Assembly: GCA_964270895.1 (NCBI GenBank)
Contig: OZ185441.1
Strand: one strand, 5' to 3'
From: Podarcis filfolensis
Taxonomy: Eukaryota
Length of the DNA: 64,000 bases
Every line of letters begins with the position of its first letter. Position 1 is the first letter of the stretch. The notes beneath the pieces were generated by a model. That model was not told the origin of the DNA and ran no database searches. It saw nothing but the letters and a program-made list of their open reading frames with translations. The translations under genes were made by a program, and so were the position numbers. Shown piece by piece: positions 24,065 to 39,300 of the stretch.

Positions 24065-24940
24065 TGGCACACATTCTGCCTTCCAGCACCTTGCTGATGT
24101 TTGCTCACTGCTCTGCCTGACGTTTGCTTGCTGCCAACTCAAGCAAAAGCTGTAACACAGCAGTGGCAATGGGAGCATGCAGCATGAGAGCAGAGCAACA
24201 CATGCACACATATGGAAAATCTTCTGGAAGATGTGGGGTGGCCACCTCTTTGCCTGTTTGGCTCAGTCAAGGACCCTTCCTAATCCTGCTATTTGTGATA
24301 CACTGGAAGAAGGCAACTAGGTAGGACAAACAGCCAGGTTGAAAGAATTATCACAAGGTACCACTTGCTCATGAAGATGAGAATGATCAGAATGACTGTA
24401 CCCTGGTTTCTCTTCAGATCGTATAAATCTTTCAACTTTTACTAAAGATCAGAATGACTGTCACTGTCCCCTAGCATTTGCCACCTGAGGCACCTGACTC
24501 ATGGTAGGACCAGCCTGAGCAGCTGATTTTTTTCTCAGATTAAAAAAAAAAATTAAAGAATGCACCACTCTGTGCAGCCATGTATCATCACATCCAAAAC
24601 ATTATGTTGCCAGATATCGTAATAACTAAATTCATTGAATAACAGTGCATCAGTGGCTAGTTAGCAGGAAAGTCTTGCATGTGGAAAGGCCCCTACTTTA
24701 GCTTTTGGTTATATGTAAAATAATAGCTTTAAACAGTATTGAGATGGGGAATGCGCGTTATTATATATTCTCTCAACAATTGTTGTATTTTAAAACATGT
24801 TTTCTTCTAATTTATTTAATTTATAAGTCAGAGATATCTAATGTCAGATTTCAAAAAACAAAGTTGTAGTTTAATTTTATATTCCCTAACACTAATGAAG
24901 CTTTTTCTTACATGTAGCAAGTACTTGTTTTATTGTTCCA

Positions 24941-24946
24941 AATAAA
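24941..24946 (+). terminator. Candidate VXN polyadenylation signal (AATAAA), implying a 3'UTR of about 2.1 kb
   Basis: AATAAA at the end of an AU-rich tract (taatttatttaatttataag; ttgtattttaaaa) typical of distal 3'UTRs. Confidence 0.55.
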
Positions 24947-26217
24947 TGATGTCCTCTTCAGGCACACAGTTCCATGGGGCCCAGGGGTCGGGAATAGAGA
25001 GCTGCTCTATATGAATTTACAAGGAATAACTTTATGATGATATAACTTCTGCCATCCTGCTTTTCAGACAAATGCAAGAAGAGTAGAGAAAACTGCAGTC
25101 ACTCAGTGCTTTACTTTATTACCTTTTTCTTTTTTAAAAAACAAGCACAGTTCCTCAACATGTTTGACTAACGTTTCTGCAAGAGTATTTCAAAACTAAA
25201 AAAGAATTATATGACAAACTATGGTCAGCACAAGTTGCCTTGGCTAAGGGCTGTTAGCACATTATGGCTGCAACCCTAAATACACTTTCATGGAAACAAG
25301 CACTACTGAATACTGTGAGACTGACTTCTGAGTCCATAATGCACGAGACTGCACTGCACAGGGTACTAACAGTGCAACCATATATATGTCTACATACAGC
25401 CTACTACTCCCCCCTCCCCAACTCATAACACTATGAATACCCTTCCCAGGAGTCTTTGAATAGCTGGTAATCTGAGTAGAACAGATGCTGTATCACAGGT
25501 TAGATGACTGCCCTTCTTTTGTCCTCGTTGCAGCCTTCAGAAACAGGCCAAAACTAATGCAGCAATTATACGCTCCATGTTTGCTTGTTTTTGTTTTTGT
25601 TTAAAACAGCTGTGGCCCAGTTGGCACACTTCTCACCAAAACTATTTGGTGAACATTTTAAATCCATGTTACAGGTTAGGACAAAATTTACTCTGGTTGG
25701 TTTGCAACCCAGATTTTACAGTGTTCAGATATACAAGTTCACTCAGGGAGACATAAGTTCCATTAGGTTTATCAGCGCTTTTTTTTCTTAAAAAAATGTT
25801 TAGGGGTACTCTCATTTTCCTACTCATATTGAAATACTGCCCCTCAATGAGGCCCAACTTAGATTCACAAAATGTTTAGGGGTACTGGGTTTAGTGGATC
25901 TTACACCAAGGAAATGGGTATAGGATCACAGCCTCTGTTATCCAAGTTTATTTCCAAGGTGGAAACTAATCCCATGAAAACCACATGATAGTACTAGGAG
26001 GCCCCTGGCAGCCTAAATATGCCATGTACAGAAGGGCAGACTTGACTGAGCTTCAGTTGCATCGCTTGCTCTGAACCCATTGTAACTCATCTCTTAGACC
26101 AGGTAATCTTCTCTACGTAATCAAGGAACCTCAACAGGATTTACTGGGATGGGGAACTTATGGCCTTCCAGACACTGATGTTTAGAGCGAATTATAAGCA
26201 AGTGAATATATATGCTA

Positions 26218-26219
<2 letters not shown>

Positions 26220-26252
<33 letters not shown>
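26220..26252. repeat. (TG)n microsatellite
   Basis: About 16 TG units. Confidence 0.95.
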
Positions 26253-26255
<3 letters not shown>

Positions 26256-29200
26256 TTACAAAATTTACAAAAGCACACCCATTCACTAAAATATAAATGG
26301 CATGGTATTATCACCACCACCACCATTTGCTATTCAATTTATACCAAAAAATAAATAAATTACAAACAGATATAATGAATGAAAAGCCAAATTTAAAACA
26401 GTACATCATGCAAAATTCCTACAATTCCACAATATAATAAAAAGTGCAAGTCCAGGTACCAGAGAAGTCCTAGATACCATGTTCTAGATATCAGGCTCAA
26501 TTTAGCTTAATGTATCTTTCTTCAAAAAGGAAATGCCTTTTATTGGGATAGGATCATTTAGTTTGGGGACAGCCAACTTCTGTTGTCTTGGAGAACTACT
26601 TTCATCTAAAGACAAGAGTGCTGGAAGATAAGAGTATGCCACAAAAACTCAGTAACTCACAAAGTCAAGTTGATGGCATTGAGCAGGAAAAGCTTCATAG
26701 TTATGGTGCACATTGGACAGTTATAACCAGAATTTGACACACAAAGTGATCCACTGCCAAAGATACCATCCCGTCTGTCTGTCTGTCTGTCAAACACACA
26801 CACTTATCTTTGAGTAGAACTTAGTAAACATTTTACTACACCTTGTTAAAAGTTGGTAGGATCAGCAGCACTCTATTGAAATTGCTTTGGGTGCCCTCAT
26901 TTGACCTGCACTTGGCCATTCCTGATGTGCTCTCTCCCCTGTAATATACTCTTAAAATATGTTTTTTATCCCCCAGATGATACACACGCCATGATCTCTG
27001 AGCAGTGAGAGCTTTCAGTGGGTCAAGGTCATAGCCTGGGTTGGTTTCCTTTGAATAAGGTCACAAGGTTTTAAGTGTGTACACACAGATAGGTTGACTC
27101 CAACAGATTTTGCTCCCAATCTTATTTCTAGTGGAACTCTGAAGCCTTGGATTCTCGGAGAGCAAAATCAGGCCTTGTGTTTTCAGACTCCATTCCAATG
27201 CTGTCTGTCTGTTGTCTTCTTACTCACATCCACTCTGACACACTTACACATTGATAACTCACCTACAGCTGTGTGTAAGTTGGGGTAAGCAGACAAACAT
27301 GTTATTTTTGCTGCTCTTGAATTATCTCTAGTTATTTAGTTCTTGTGAAACGATATTGTCCTAGCTTACACTACAAAAGTAGATGCTAACCCAACCTGGC
27401 CTGGGCTATTTACTTAATGTTCTGGTTTTGCAGTTTTAGCAGTCCTTTTCTTTTTGCAGTTTCCAGTCACACAACTATAGAATCAGTCACAAGGGTAGAG
27501 GGAATCCCAAGTAGACACTGAGCCTCACCTCAATCCTATAACACTATGCTGTGCTTCAACACCCAACTGAGTTCTGCAAAATTTATCTCATTATGCAACC
27601 TATGGCCCATTAATAAATAGATGACTGTGTAATACAAGAATCTGTTTTTGCTGTTAGTGATCCAAGGGTCGTATACAGCTGACAAGCTGACAAGCTTTAC
27701 TCAGAATAGATCCACTGAAATTAAAAGGCATCATTGAGACAGGTCCATTAATTTCCAAGATTATATACAGAGATAATGTCTATACACCCACCTACCCACA
27801 ACCCAGTAGGATTTTGATCCTTCCCACATGGGTAGCATAATGAGAAACATGGCAGTTAGCAGAAAAAAATCCAGTATCCCCACCATCCAAGTTGGTAATA
27901 GGCAGTTATTTTTGTCTCCCTTCTCAGTTCACAGCTGAAACAACCACCTCAGACATGGCAGTTAGGTACCACCACTCCAACACGGTCGGATAAGTCCCAA
28001 CACCTGGCCTACCAACCATTCTAGGTTTCACTTGTCTCAAATAGAATTCCACCTCTCTTGTTATTATAGGCCATTGGCAAGAAAGGAAGTCGGTTATAGG
28101 AGGGCACCAAGTCTGGCAAGGGACCAACCAAATTAAACACGATTCCGATGGAATAAAGCTTAATTCCTTTTGAGGTGGCTTGAGGGCACTTGGTGTAAAA
28201 TCTACATTTCACCTGCCTTGCAGCTGTCATATTGTTCAGAGAAATCAATAGCTGGCAGACACTTAATCACATTTAATGGAGATATTGAAAAGACAAGCAC
28301 AAAAGGCTCTTGTGTAGATCTGACGGAGTTCTTTGAGGCATTGAAGAACTCACCTGCAGCCAGGATGAATGCTGTAATCTGATAAACAACCCATTCATGA
28401 AATAGCTTCACAAAAAATCTATAGTAGCAGTCATATTTATTAAGTACTGTCAATGTTCTTGGCACTTGGCAGAGTAACAATCAGCATGAGTGGCCTCTAT
28501 GCCAGAGTTTACAATCGAAACTTTAACGGGGGGGGGGGGGGAGACCACAGAAGATGGAAATGAGAATAACTGTACGGTGCAATCTTATTTTCACATTCCT
28601 GGGAGTAAGTACCACTGAATTAAATGGGACTTACTTCTGAGTAGCCAGGTAAAGGATTAGCCATGGTTAGTTTGGAGCAAAAAAACCATGAGCCTGACTT
28701 CACATGTAAAAAAATGAACCAAGCCTTGTGCTTTCTTGCTACAGTACAGAGCAGGGGAGAGTGAAGCGGAGACTTTTTAGGGGTACCAGCACATTGCTAA
28801 TTCTCTTAAAACCGTAGCTAAACATTAGCTATGGTTTAACATTACATGCCAACCAGGCCAAGAAGTGGACTTCCATTTCCACCCCAAGCTGACATCTAGA
28901 ACTAAAAGTTGCAGCTGCTATTATAATTGACATACAGATAGTTATTTAAGGTTTACATCAGTGTGCAGTGTTTTCTGAATACAAGAGGTCAGCTTTTGGC
29001 TCAAAGCAGCTTGCTTACAATCTAAAATTCAGCACAAGGGAGACAGAAGGAGAGGTAGGGCCAAAATGAGAAGAATGTATTATCATTTCTTGTGCACTTA
29101 GTATATGCACTTAGTCTTGGTTACACAAGGGACTGGGAAGTAGGGGGTTGTACCAAAGGCTAAATGGAAAAGGTGGGTTTCGAGGAAGGATTTCATCACA

Positions 29201-32200
29201 AGTGATTTGGGAAGCAATTCCAAACATATGGGACAAAGTGCATTTTGAAAGAGCATGAGAACTTTGGACAGCTAAGGGTGGTTGAACTGGAGAAGCAGAG
29301 GAAGGGATTTGTTATCATGATGTATGTCAGCTCGGAAAACATGTACAGCTTCCTCAGGAAAAATGTTCTGAGTAAAACTGAATAATAGATTAGATTGTGT
29401 TCACATCAGACTAGGGTGAGGTCTTTGACCACACTAATTCCAGTCTAGCAGGTCAATAGGGATTCAAAGCCCCCTGGCACTCAATTTGCTGGTACAGATA
29501 TTGGGAGCCGTAGCAAAATAGAGCTGAAATATACATACCTCTGAAAAATGTCGGTGTCTGAGTTTCTCACAAGAAAATGCAAGCGTTTGTGTATCAGAAT
29601 ATCCTTGCTGTGATGAGACACATGCTCCAACAATGCTCCACTCCTTCAGTTCACTAAGAAACTCAGTTGATTCCCTCATTTAAAAATTTAACCCTAAAAG
29701 CGCACACACGCAATAGTAGTATTAATAGCACCCCTCCCCCCTCACTGAATAAACACAAGAAAGGAAAAGCATCTGGAACTTTTGGCGAAACATAGATCAT
29801 TTCAAATTGGTTGAATGCTTTTTGGCAAAGAAGTGACTCTCTGGGGACCCAGGTTGGTTGTCACAAGTTTCTGCTTGCTGTGAAAGGCCATAGCAGGTGG
29901 TGTCTTCTTTCCTCGTCCTCCTTTCTGTAGTCATTATGACAAAAGGAAATGACATGAAAGCTTGTTGTGTGAATTGAGCTGTCAAGGCAGAGCTGTGCAG
30001 TGAACTTTTAAAGGCAGGGTCACAGCACTTATGAGATGGCTCAGCAACATTTACAGGTTTCTGTTGTTTTTTAAAAAAATTAATAATCCACAGCTCAGCT
30101 TCTTATGTATTAGGTTCTCAGGTCCGCTGGGGGGGGGGGCCTTTTGAGCTTTTCCTTGCTGCCATCATAAAAGTTAACTTTTTCACCTTGAGGTGTGACA
30201 ATAGCTTTTTCATGATTTTTCAGTTGACAGCATTTGACTACTAACATCTGCTTCAGCTAGGATTGCCCTCTCTCTTTTTCACCTGGCTAGGCTCCTATGC
30301 ATGACAAAAATTCAGCATACGAAAAAAGCAAAAACCACTCCATTACTTCACCCCCATGTGATAAGAAAGTTGCACCTGTTGAATTTCTGCCTAATAACTT
30401 TCTTTCCTATATGACTGATGAAGAAAAGGAACAGTTGCATACAGTTTAAAATTCAATATAAAACCCTCCCTTACCCTAATACTTAGGGCTAGCAACAGTT
30501 TAACTCTTTTAGAATAACCAAATTAATGTTTTATTGTAGAAAAGGTGCATAATCAGACTCAGTGATCAGAGGATACAGATGTTTCTCCAGCACAGATATA
30601 TTATGTAAACATCAAAACTATTACCATGGACAAAATGAAATATAATTTTGATTGTTTAGAGAAAGGTGAGGTATTCCATCTACAGCCGTTCACAAAAAAG
30701 AGAGAATATGAGTATGTGTGGAGAAGCACGGAGGAGCATACTTCCAGTAAAAAACCTATTAGCCATTGAAACAGTTAATTTTTTCAAAAAGGGAAAAGGA
30801 AGTTTTGTTCCCGCCAAAAATTATGCAGTAACAACAATCCCACAAAGAGCGTGCCAGATGACCCACTTGTCACGCTCATAATGGCATGCCATCTGGTGTC
30901 TAGCATACACAACGTCTGGCTGTTTGCCAAGGCAGGCCAAGATAACACTCACAAGTTGATCTGGTCCACTTCTGGTGTGGCAGGCTCTGGGAACACTGCC
31001 ATACTGCTCTTCTTAGTGCTTCCGAGTACATTGAACTCACTCATAAACTTCTGCTGACTTTTATATATAAATAAAGGCAGACTTCCAGTTATGAATCAGG
31101 CATGGATGACTGAAACATCTGGAGACTGGAAAGTACCTTGTTTTGCTCTTTGCAACCTGAAAATATATGCATCAATCCAAGCAGCTTGGTGACGTATTGC
31201 TTTTTAAAAAAATGCTCTCCACTCATACAAGACCTGCTGTATCTTGAACAAAGATGGGGATGGATATGTTTTAAGGGGTATGTATCAAATTTTACAAACA
31301 CACAGGCTTTTAGACTTCAGAGGTCTGTGTATGTCACACAAGCACACAAAATGTCAAATAACTACCAAATTTAAACTTTTCAAAGAGAAACACAGACAAA
31401 TAATTTCATTATTTCATTCAATTTACATCTTATTTTACCTCATCTACTTTCTTTGTTCTGCTTTGCAAAGATTTTGTTTCTCATTCTTTTGAATGCATCT
31501 CAGATTTGGCTGTCTTCTGACATCTTTCTCCTCCCCACACCACCTCTCTTACAGACGCACCAACTCTCTTCACCCATCTGTTAACCCATTTTAAATCCCC
31601 AACTGACATCTATAAACACTATCTGTTGGCTTCCATTTTCTTATCCCTCACTCCGTCAACTGAGATCTTAGTTTGTTGCTGTACATGCCCCATATGTTGC
31701 CCAATTTTTCTCCCAACGCCCTCAATCTAGCTTTCCTTGATCCTTTCCTCCACACTCAATACCAATCTTGCCATTGTCAGAAGAAGCCCCCGTAGTCCAG
31801 AGCAAGCCAAAAAATGGAATTTCCAGTAAATCTCCATACTATCAAAAAGCTTAAAGCAACTTGTTCCAATGTTTGGGTAATTTTCTATATGAAAGCATGA
31901 TTCACATTTAGGAATCAAACGAAGTATCAATACAGATTACACTTATTTCTCAGAAGTAAATGTCCAGTAGATATGTACATAAATGTTTTTATTTCTGTGT
32001 TAAGGTCTCCTGCTTTGTATGCAAGATTCTTTTAAGTGAAACAAAATCTGCAGTAAAATAACAAAACACAACAAAACTTCAAAGATATTCATCTTATAAT
32101 TAGAGTCAAAACTTTAGAAACGTAAATATTAACAGATGCTGTCATTTTCCAACATGCATGTTTGGCTGCTGCAGGTATACAGTATTCTACTTATATATAT

Positions 32201-32277
32201 ATATTTTTAAAATTGCAAATGCACCTAAGACTGCAAAAGTATCAAAATATACCTAACATGGCAAAGGTTCAAAACCT

Positions 32278-32287
32278 TTTATTTATT
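32278..32287 (-). terminator. Candidate distal MYBL1 polyadenylation signals (overlapping AATAAATAAA); another AATAAA at 31988-31993
   Basis: The minus strand reads agaaataaataaaaggttttg within U-rich, UTR-like sequence about 4.1 kb past the stop. The assignment is inferred. Confidence 0.4.
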
Positions 32288-35200
32288 TCTTTTTGCTAAA
32301 AGCAACACGAAAGCAATTAAATGAAAGATTCAACCAATACCAGCTCCAGTTTGTACTACTTACCAGAGACCTATGTTAAACCTTGGTACTGGAGGCTTTG
32401 GTACCATTTAAAAAGAAAAATACAAATAATATGCATACCTCCTGCAAAGCAGCAAATCTTTTAAGCATAATAGATGAAGACTTGGAGTCAGCCCAAAGAG
32501 CTGCAGGCAGTGTTTGTGTGTACACTGCAGAACTTTGTTCCCCACACACCAGTCCCCTGCTATGCCTTGTTCTCCCAAGAACTACTCCAGAAAGTCAGGG
32601 ACTCTCAAGAGAATCTTCCAACATAGCACAAGAAACTAAAGCTAGAATTGGAAAATCCAGGCAGCACTGGTGCACACACTCTTTGGATCTTGGCATAATG
32701 GTTGTAATTCAGAGAGCACATTTTAAATACAGCTAAGCGCTTGTGTATACCCAGAAGGACAAGAGGCTAACAACACACATGCTACTTAAAACAGCCATCA
32801 TGACTGTAGCTTGCCACATGGCCTTGAGGTGGGTGGGCTGTGATTAAAAAGACAGCAAAAGTCAAAAGCCACGGTAGGAATGGTTCTCTGAATTACAGTC
32901 TTACTATGCTAATCACATCCACTTAACTCCTTTGTGCTTCAGGTGGGGAATCTTCTAAAGAAACATACCGAAGAGAGAACACACCAAAACCAACAATGCC
33001 AAAGGGAATCCCAAACTGGCTTCTCACATTTTGAAGAGGAAGAATAATCCTCTTATCAACAGAGCTGATCAGAAAAAACGCTAACAGTTTTAAAACTGGA
33101 TAAAAACCTTGAGTGCCCATTAAAGGCAGCGAGGTGAATATTCCTATATATAAATATCCATTTAAAATAATAAATAAATAACTATGATACGGGGCCTTAA
33201 GCTGTATTTAAGTATGCTAAGGTCAGAGATTGCTTTACATACCACACACACACAATATTAAAATAAGGAAAATCATTTTTAGAGTTCTTGGTGTTATGTG
33301 GTATCAGGTTTCTTTCTGGTAATTGTGTTTCTCCATGCACAGCAACAGTTGATATCAGTTTAGCTTGAGAACATGCCATCATTCTATTTGTCATTTTACA
33401 TACAGTGCATATGATGCTCGCTCTTTCCATCTCTCATAGCAGCAAGCAGATTCTGCTAGTATCTATAGCAGCACACCCAGGAGTGGAGAGGAAGAGTGTC
33501 AGATTTATAAATAGATAACACCTACAGTACACAATTCTATTTTCCTGTCAGTATTAAGGTTGACAGCACACCATTATGTTTCGCAAGAAATTAACTAAAA
33601 AAACAACAGCTACAACAAGCAAAACTAAGACATTCCTTCAAATCAGACATAAATAAGTGCAAATGTCTAAAGCAGGTAAACTGAAGCAACTGCTGTAACC
33701 TGTGAAGATTAGAAGCATGTACAAATATTAAGGGAAAAAATGAATTTTCATTTTAAACAGTTTTGTAACAGGGTCGTTGAGGCATCCAAGAGCAGGCATA
33801 AATGGTTTTAGAAAGAGTTCACAGCCTAAGCGCAAGTAACCATAGATCATCCTTAGTCATGTGCATGCCCACACACAGGGTAGGTGGGGAAAATTGAGGG
33901 CGACTTGAGCTGTACAGAGATAGCGCCAACAGCAACTTCTGTGACTGTGTTGGCACTTCTCTCAAGCACAATTGCAGAAACCACTGCAACTAACCAATCT
34001 ACAGCCCAGTTCACACCAACATCTCTCCACACTTAAGCAAGCACAAAATGTGGCCAAGGAAAGCCCATGGCTGCTTGTGTCAAGAAAAATAACTATATGA
34101 GCCAACTCTTATTTCTTTCAGAGGTGTAATGTAATGCATTGGTGTTGATTCCTAAATAGGGCTACAAGGTGAGACATAGCATATCCTCTTGTTCTGTCCC
34201 TACACAATGGCGCCGTCTCGGTCCCTTTAATAACCAGGGTCCTGGAATATTTGTAGTATAACTAAGCTGAACTTTAAAACTACTATCTTAGACCAACATG
34301 ATTTAAAAGGGAATAGTGCAATCTCGAATAGATGAAATGCAAATTCATGTATTTCACAGCATGCAATCTCGCTGCTATTCCATGCACCAAGGTTAAAATT
34401 CGCTCTTTCTCATTTTTGCTGGAGCTATTTACCAGGAAAACAACATCCGCTTCTAGACAACCTGCATACATATATATTTCTGCACAGTGAGGCTGCAATC
34501 CTTTGTATCGTTTGTGCCCGCATAGACCCACTTCTGGGGCTGGCATTCGCAGAGCAACCCAGATACTTCAACGCATCCTGCCATAGCAGCTGATCCTCCA
34601 CCACCATCCTTCAGAGAGGATGCTCATTCTCCCTTTTGCCACTTTCACAGTGTTTACACAGCTCAGGGGGGAAAACAGAAGAGAGGAAGTCTCTTTCACA
34701 CAGAGATGTGTTTATACCTTGCACTGTGCTTCTTCTGAGACACACCACAGGCCACTTCCTTTTATTCCTGCTTTGATTTGATTAGGAATAGTAGGCTATC
34801 TTCAGAGACACCCCTTAGCCAACAGACAGCTCAGGTACCACCACCATTCCAATCTATCTCCTCAGGTAAAATATGATGCATTTGTGGAGACTGAGAGCAA
34901 GTCAGAGCAACTGCTGTAAAAGGCCAGCCCAACTGAGATTCCTCTCCCATTTTCCATTTGTTAACTTCTGCAAGGTACAATGTTTCATGACACAGTCAAT
35001 TCTGATACTTCATACGATATTGGGGCCTTGCTCTCCTTCCCTTCCCTGGGCCATTTGTAGGATCAACAGTCCCCACCAGAAGCAAGATGCTTTCATCCCT
35101 GTCAAAAGGCACAACCTGCAACTGAGAATATGAGCATCATCTTTTAAGAGGCTGATTCTTCACTGTCACAAGCTGCTCACATCCTCTAACCTAAAGAGAG

Positions 35201-36398
35201 CTCTTCTACCAATCTACCCAGGTTAGAGCTTTGCAGGAGTAATCCTACTGCAGCTTCCTAAAAGAAACAAAATACACATTGATTTCTTCTTCTTCTTAAT
35301 GCCCCTGACTGATAATATACTGGAAAGTTCTTAAGTGTCCTACCAAAATTAAGGCAGTGATTAGAGTCCCAAAGACTTCACAGGCTAGAAGCAGAATGGG
35401 GTTCAACTGGCAGGTTAGCTTTAGACTCATATTCAAGAAAGACTGAGGACTTGGTCAGGACTGCTGCTTCTATGGGGAAAGGATAATAAGGGGATGTAGT
35501 TCATCTCAAAAACTAGCAGAATGGACTGTGTATAAAAACACTGCATAAGGCTGAGGTTACAACAATGGAAAGGAGGAGCAAGGGTCAACAGTGCTTAAAG
35601 GTGTTGTCTCTGAGAAGTGGGTGTTATGATACTACTCCTTTCCTCTCTGCAAGCAAGAGCAAGCTTGTCCTGGCTTCCTCCTGAGTTTGTGTTGTTTTGC
35701 AAAGCAGCAGGAATATGCGAGCACTTGGTGAGATTGCAGCCTTAAGCTTTAAAATGAAAATAAATTAAAAAACAAACCCCCTTCCAAATTTACAAAAGCC
35801 TTCCTGCTCCCACATGCTGTACAATACATTCAACAATGGTCTCAGTTTGAGATTTCTGAATACTGATGCTTTATCCTAATAAAAATTAAATTCTTCCCTT
35901 TGTCTACTCTTATTAGAAGTACCATTCTCAAATAAATACATTTAACACTGTAGTTAATTTTGTGCAGCATACCTAGTTCTAGTAGTGCAACTTTCTATTC
36001 TTCCTTTAGTCTTTCTTTTGTGTTTATAAAAATTGCTACATAAGCAAATGCGTTTAAGCAAAAGCATTCTCAAGGAGTTGTGTAATGTTTTTTCTTTTAC
36101 AGAACACTGAGTACCTGTAAACCTACTCTACATTAAAAGCTTCTTAAGAACAAGAGAAATGTATAAAGAATTTTAAAAACGGCTTAAAAAAATATTCCTT
36201 TCACCATTTTCTTTAGAGTGGTCTTTTAAAAGACCAATTAAACTTGCTTTTAAAAAAGGTTTAAAAAAAGACTTAAGTTCTTCCTTATAATGCAGCTTCA
36301 ACTCAAAAAAGTATCCATACATACATTACTGGGGAAAAAATCTCAGTATAAAGTCTGTAGTATAAAGGAAAAAGGTAGATTGGTACATTTAGCGACCA

Positions 36399-39300
36399 TC
36401 ACAAGATCAGAGCCCTTGAAGTGCTGCCAGTAGCTGTATAGGTGCTCAGGTATCTTCTTGCTTGCTCAGTCATAATAAGCTGATCTTCAGTCTTCCCATA
36501 AACAACAGCTTCCCATTCACAATTGGCCTGCAACACATGGTCCAGGTAACAGTTACTTTCAAGTCACATCGAACTTTTTTGTTTATAAGCGAAATATGAA
36601 ATCCAATTGTGGCTGCCTCACAGGAAAAGTAACTTCTCCTGGCATGACAGAATTTCAGCTTCCTCTTCTCTTTCCTGCAGCCCCACCCCACCCCGAAAAT
36701 TTGCTCCATAGGGTTGGGGGACCCTCTGGAGAAGATATAGGGAGGGTATGGGGCACAAAGGGCAAGTCCATTTTATGACAGTGTCCTCACAACCAAACCT
36801 TAAAATAAAATGTATCATTTAACAATGAGAATTCAACATTTCTCAGTTTCACTAAGTGGCCCTAAGACATGATCCTATTCTCAGCCTCAGCCCCCTCATC
36901 TGGAATGTGGGAATAATCACACCAGCAGACTTTACAGTTCAATATAAACACATTACTCCAAATACAGAAAGATCTGTTTGATGGCACCAAGCTTTTTTGA
37001 AAAGTTTCTTTTTTACAAAATGGCACAAGCCTTTGTAGAAGCAACTCACTTCAGATGCTCAGCAGTTCCATGAAATAGGTTGTCACCTATGAAAGCTTAT
37101 GCTATTTTAAAATAAAAAGTTTTTAAATTGTCAGCCGCAAGGTGCTATTAAACAGATTCCTCTATTATTATTATTATTTTTAAAAAAAGGTTTCATACTA
37201 TATAAACAAACATTACTGAAAATGTCTGTGAACCACTTTTCACACTTGGCGCTCCAGCCAGGTGGAGGTACAACTGCCATCTCCAGAGGACTCTTATAAA
37301 GGGAGGCATTGAACACCAGTATCCATCTCCACTCTTTGTAATTTACTTATGCACTGGAGTCGAAGGGGAGGGCTGGATGTGAATATGGGAGGCATCTGAA
37401 TTACTCTTAACTGTCTTGCCCATGTTTTTCTGCAATGTGGTTCTAGTGCACCATTATCATTGCACTATGCGGGCTACTGAAACCTCAGCAGTACTGTTCC
37501 AAGTCTACACAGAGGGCATGGCACTAATATCAACATGGGTACTACTGGACTTAAAATGAAATCTTCATATTTGCATTGCATATTTCAATACCAATGCATC
37601 ATATTTCAGTACCAACGCATCATATTTGCATTGGTAAATATTGAATTTAGTCGTAATGGATGCATCGTGAGAATCTTGCAGAAAATAAGCTGCATCAAGA
37701 ACCCTCAATTCCTTATTTATATCTAAGCTGCTAAATACAAACAGAAAGGAAAGAATGCAAAAAGTAATCTTCCAAATAGCATATAGCTAAACTAAATAAA
37801 GCAGAATATTAAGATGCATTGAATACAGACCTGGAAGGTTTTTTCTGTTTTGACATTTTTTGAAGTGCAAGTATTCTGCTTTTTCTTCATTGCTACATTC
37901 AGCTTTGTTGAACTGGAATCCTGTTTCTCTGGAGTCCTACTGCCTCTATTGTCATGTATTTCCAATAATGGAATCATCAGGAGTGATGTAGTATATATAT
38001 TTTCTGACTAGATTTACAAAGGAAAAAAAAGTTTAAATCAAATAATTGAAGAATAAAAAACTGACATACAGAACTCTCCCCATTTACATTCAAAGGCATC
38101 ACGTGTTTAAGTGAAATTGTGGGCCACTTCTAAGTTCAGTGCAATATGTGCATTGCATGCATGGTCACATACTTATCAGACGTTCCTAAAACAATCACTG
38201 TAATGCAAACAATAAGGCCCAGTAGGTTCATCCCTATTTAGCAACCTTATAAAAGTGGCATACTTTGAAATAACCAGCATTTGGCGATATGACTTCAATA
38301 GGCTGTATCATCTTAATTCCAATAATTCTAGCTTGAAATATTTTATGGATCCAGATAAATGTGTTCTTGTATCACTAACACAAAGACCTTTCTAGAATAA
38401 AAGCGGCCTATAAATAATAATATTAAAAATGTTCCATTACAAAATGAGACAAGACTGCTGTTTTTCTTGCCATTTAAAATCTAAATTTGGTAGTATTATT
38501 TTTAAAGCCAGTGTCATGCTTGGTTGTGCTACTTGTCAACAGAGAAGATTTCAAATAACCATGACTTACAGAAACAAATTAAAACAAAAAAATTTTTTTC
38601 TTTCCAGTAGCACCTTAAAGACCAACTAAGTTAGTTCTTGGTATGAGCTTTTGTGTGCATGCACACTTCGTCAGATACACAGAAACAAATTAGTTTACAT
38701 TCTACCTTAAATATGTGCATATTTTAATTCATGCTGCTCACCTGTACATCTGGAACACTTTCATCTGTGAAAAACTGGGCACCAAGCTCTTCTTTTTCCC
38801 AAGGATCCAAAACTAATGACTTCCTGACTTTCTTCACAGAAGGATTCTAGGAGCAACATTTTAAAGAAAGAAAAGCAACTACAGTCGTTTCCATAATCCT
38901 TGCAATGCTAGAATACTATGTATTTTTAAATTGTTATACAGCTCCACATTTCACAGAAATCACTAAGCAGTTTACAAGTATCACAAGTAGATTAAAAAGT
39001 GAAAAATTCCACATTTTATAACAGCACAGAAATAAAACATTAATATTAAACCAAAATAAAATTAATGACTAATAGCAATTCCAAATTACAGAAATACAAT
39101 CGACAACTAGCCAAATATACAAGTATGTATTTACAGGTAGCAACAGCTCTCTCACTTCTGCTATCTCCCCAACCTAAGCTTGCAACATAAAGTGGGGCAA
39201 AATTACACACTCCCTGCCCCCATGCAAAATTACATACTTCTCTGCTCCCAATCATTTCTCCCTCCAATAATACCCATAAAAAACAACAAGGGTGGGTGGT

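Noticed and set aside
24200-24225. tatggaaaatct (YGKS), resembling human VXN exon 4 as I recall it
   Set aside because: Lies after the VXN stop with no splice sites. The real exon 4 is 20842-20903, with correct size and phase.
27925-28480. Cluster of short ORFs that might be an LTR/ERV or LINE remnant
   Set aside because: No RT, integrase or gag motifs recognisable in any frame, and no LTR ends seen.
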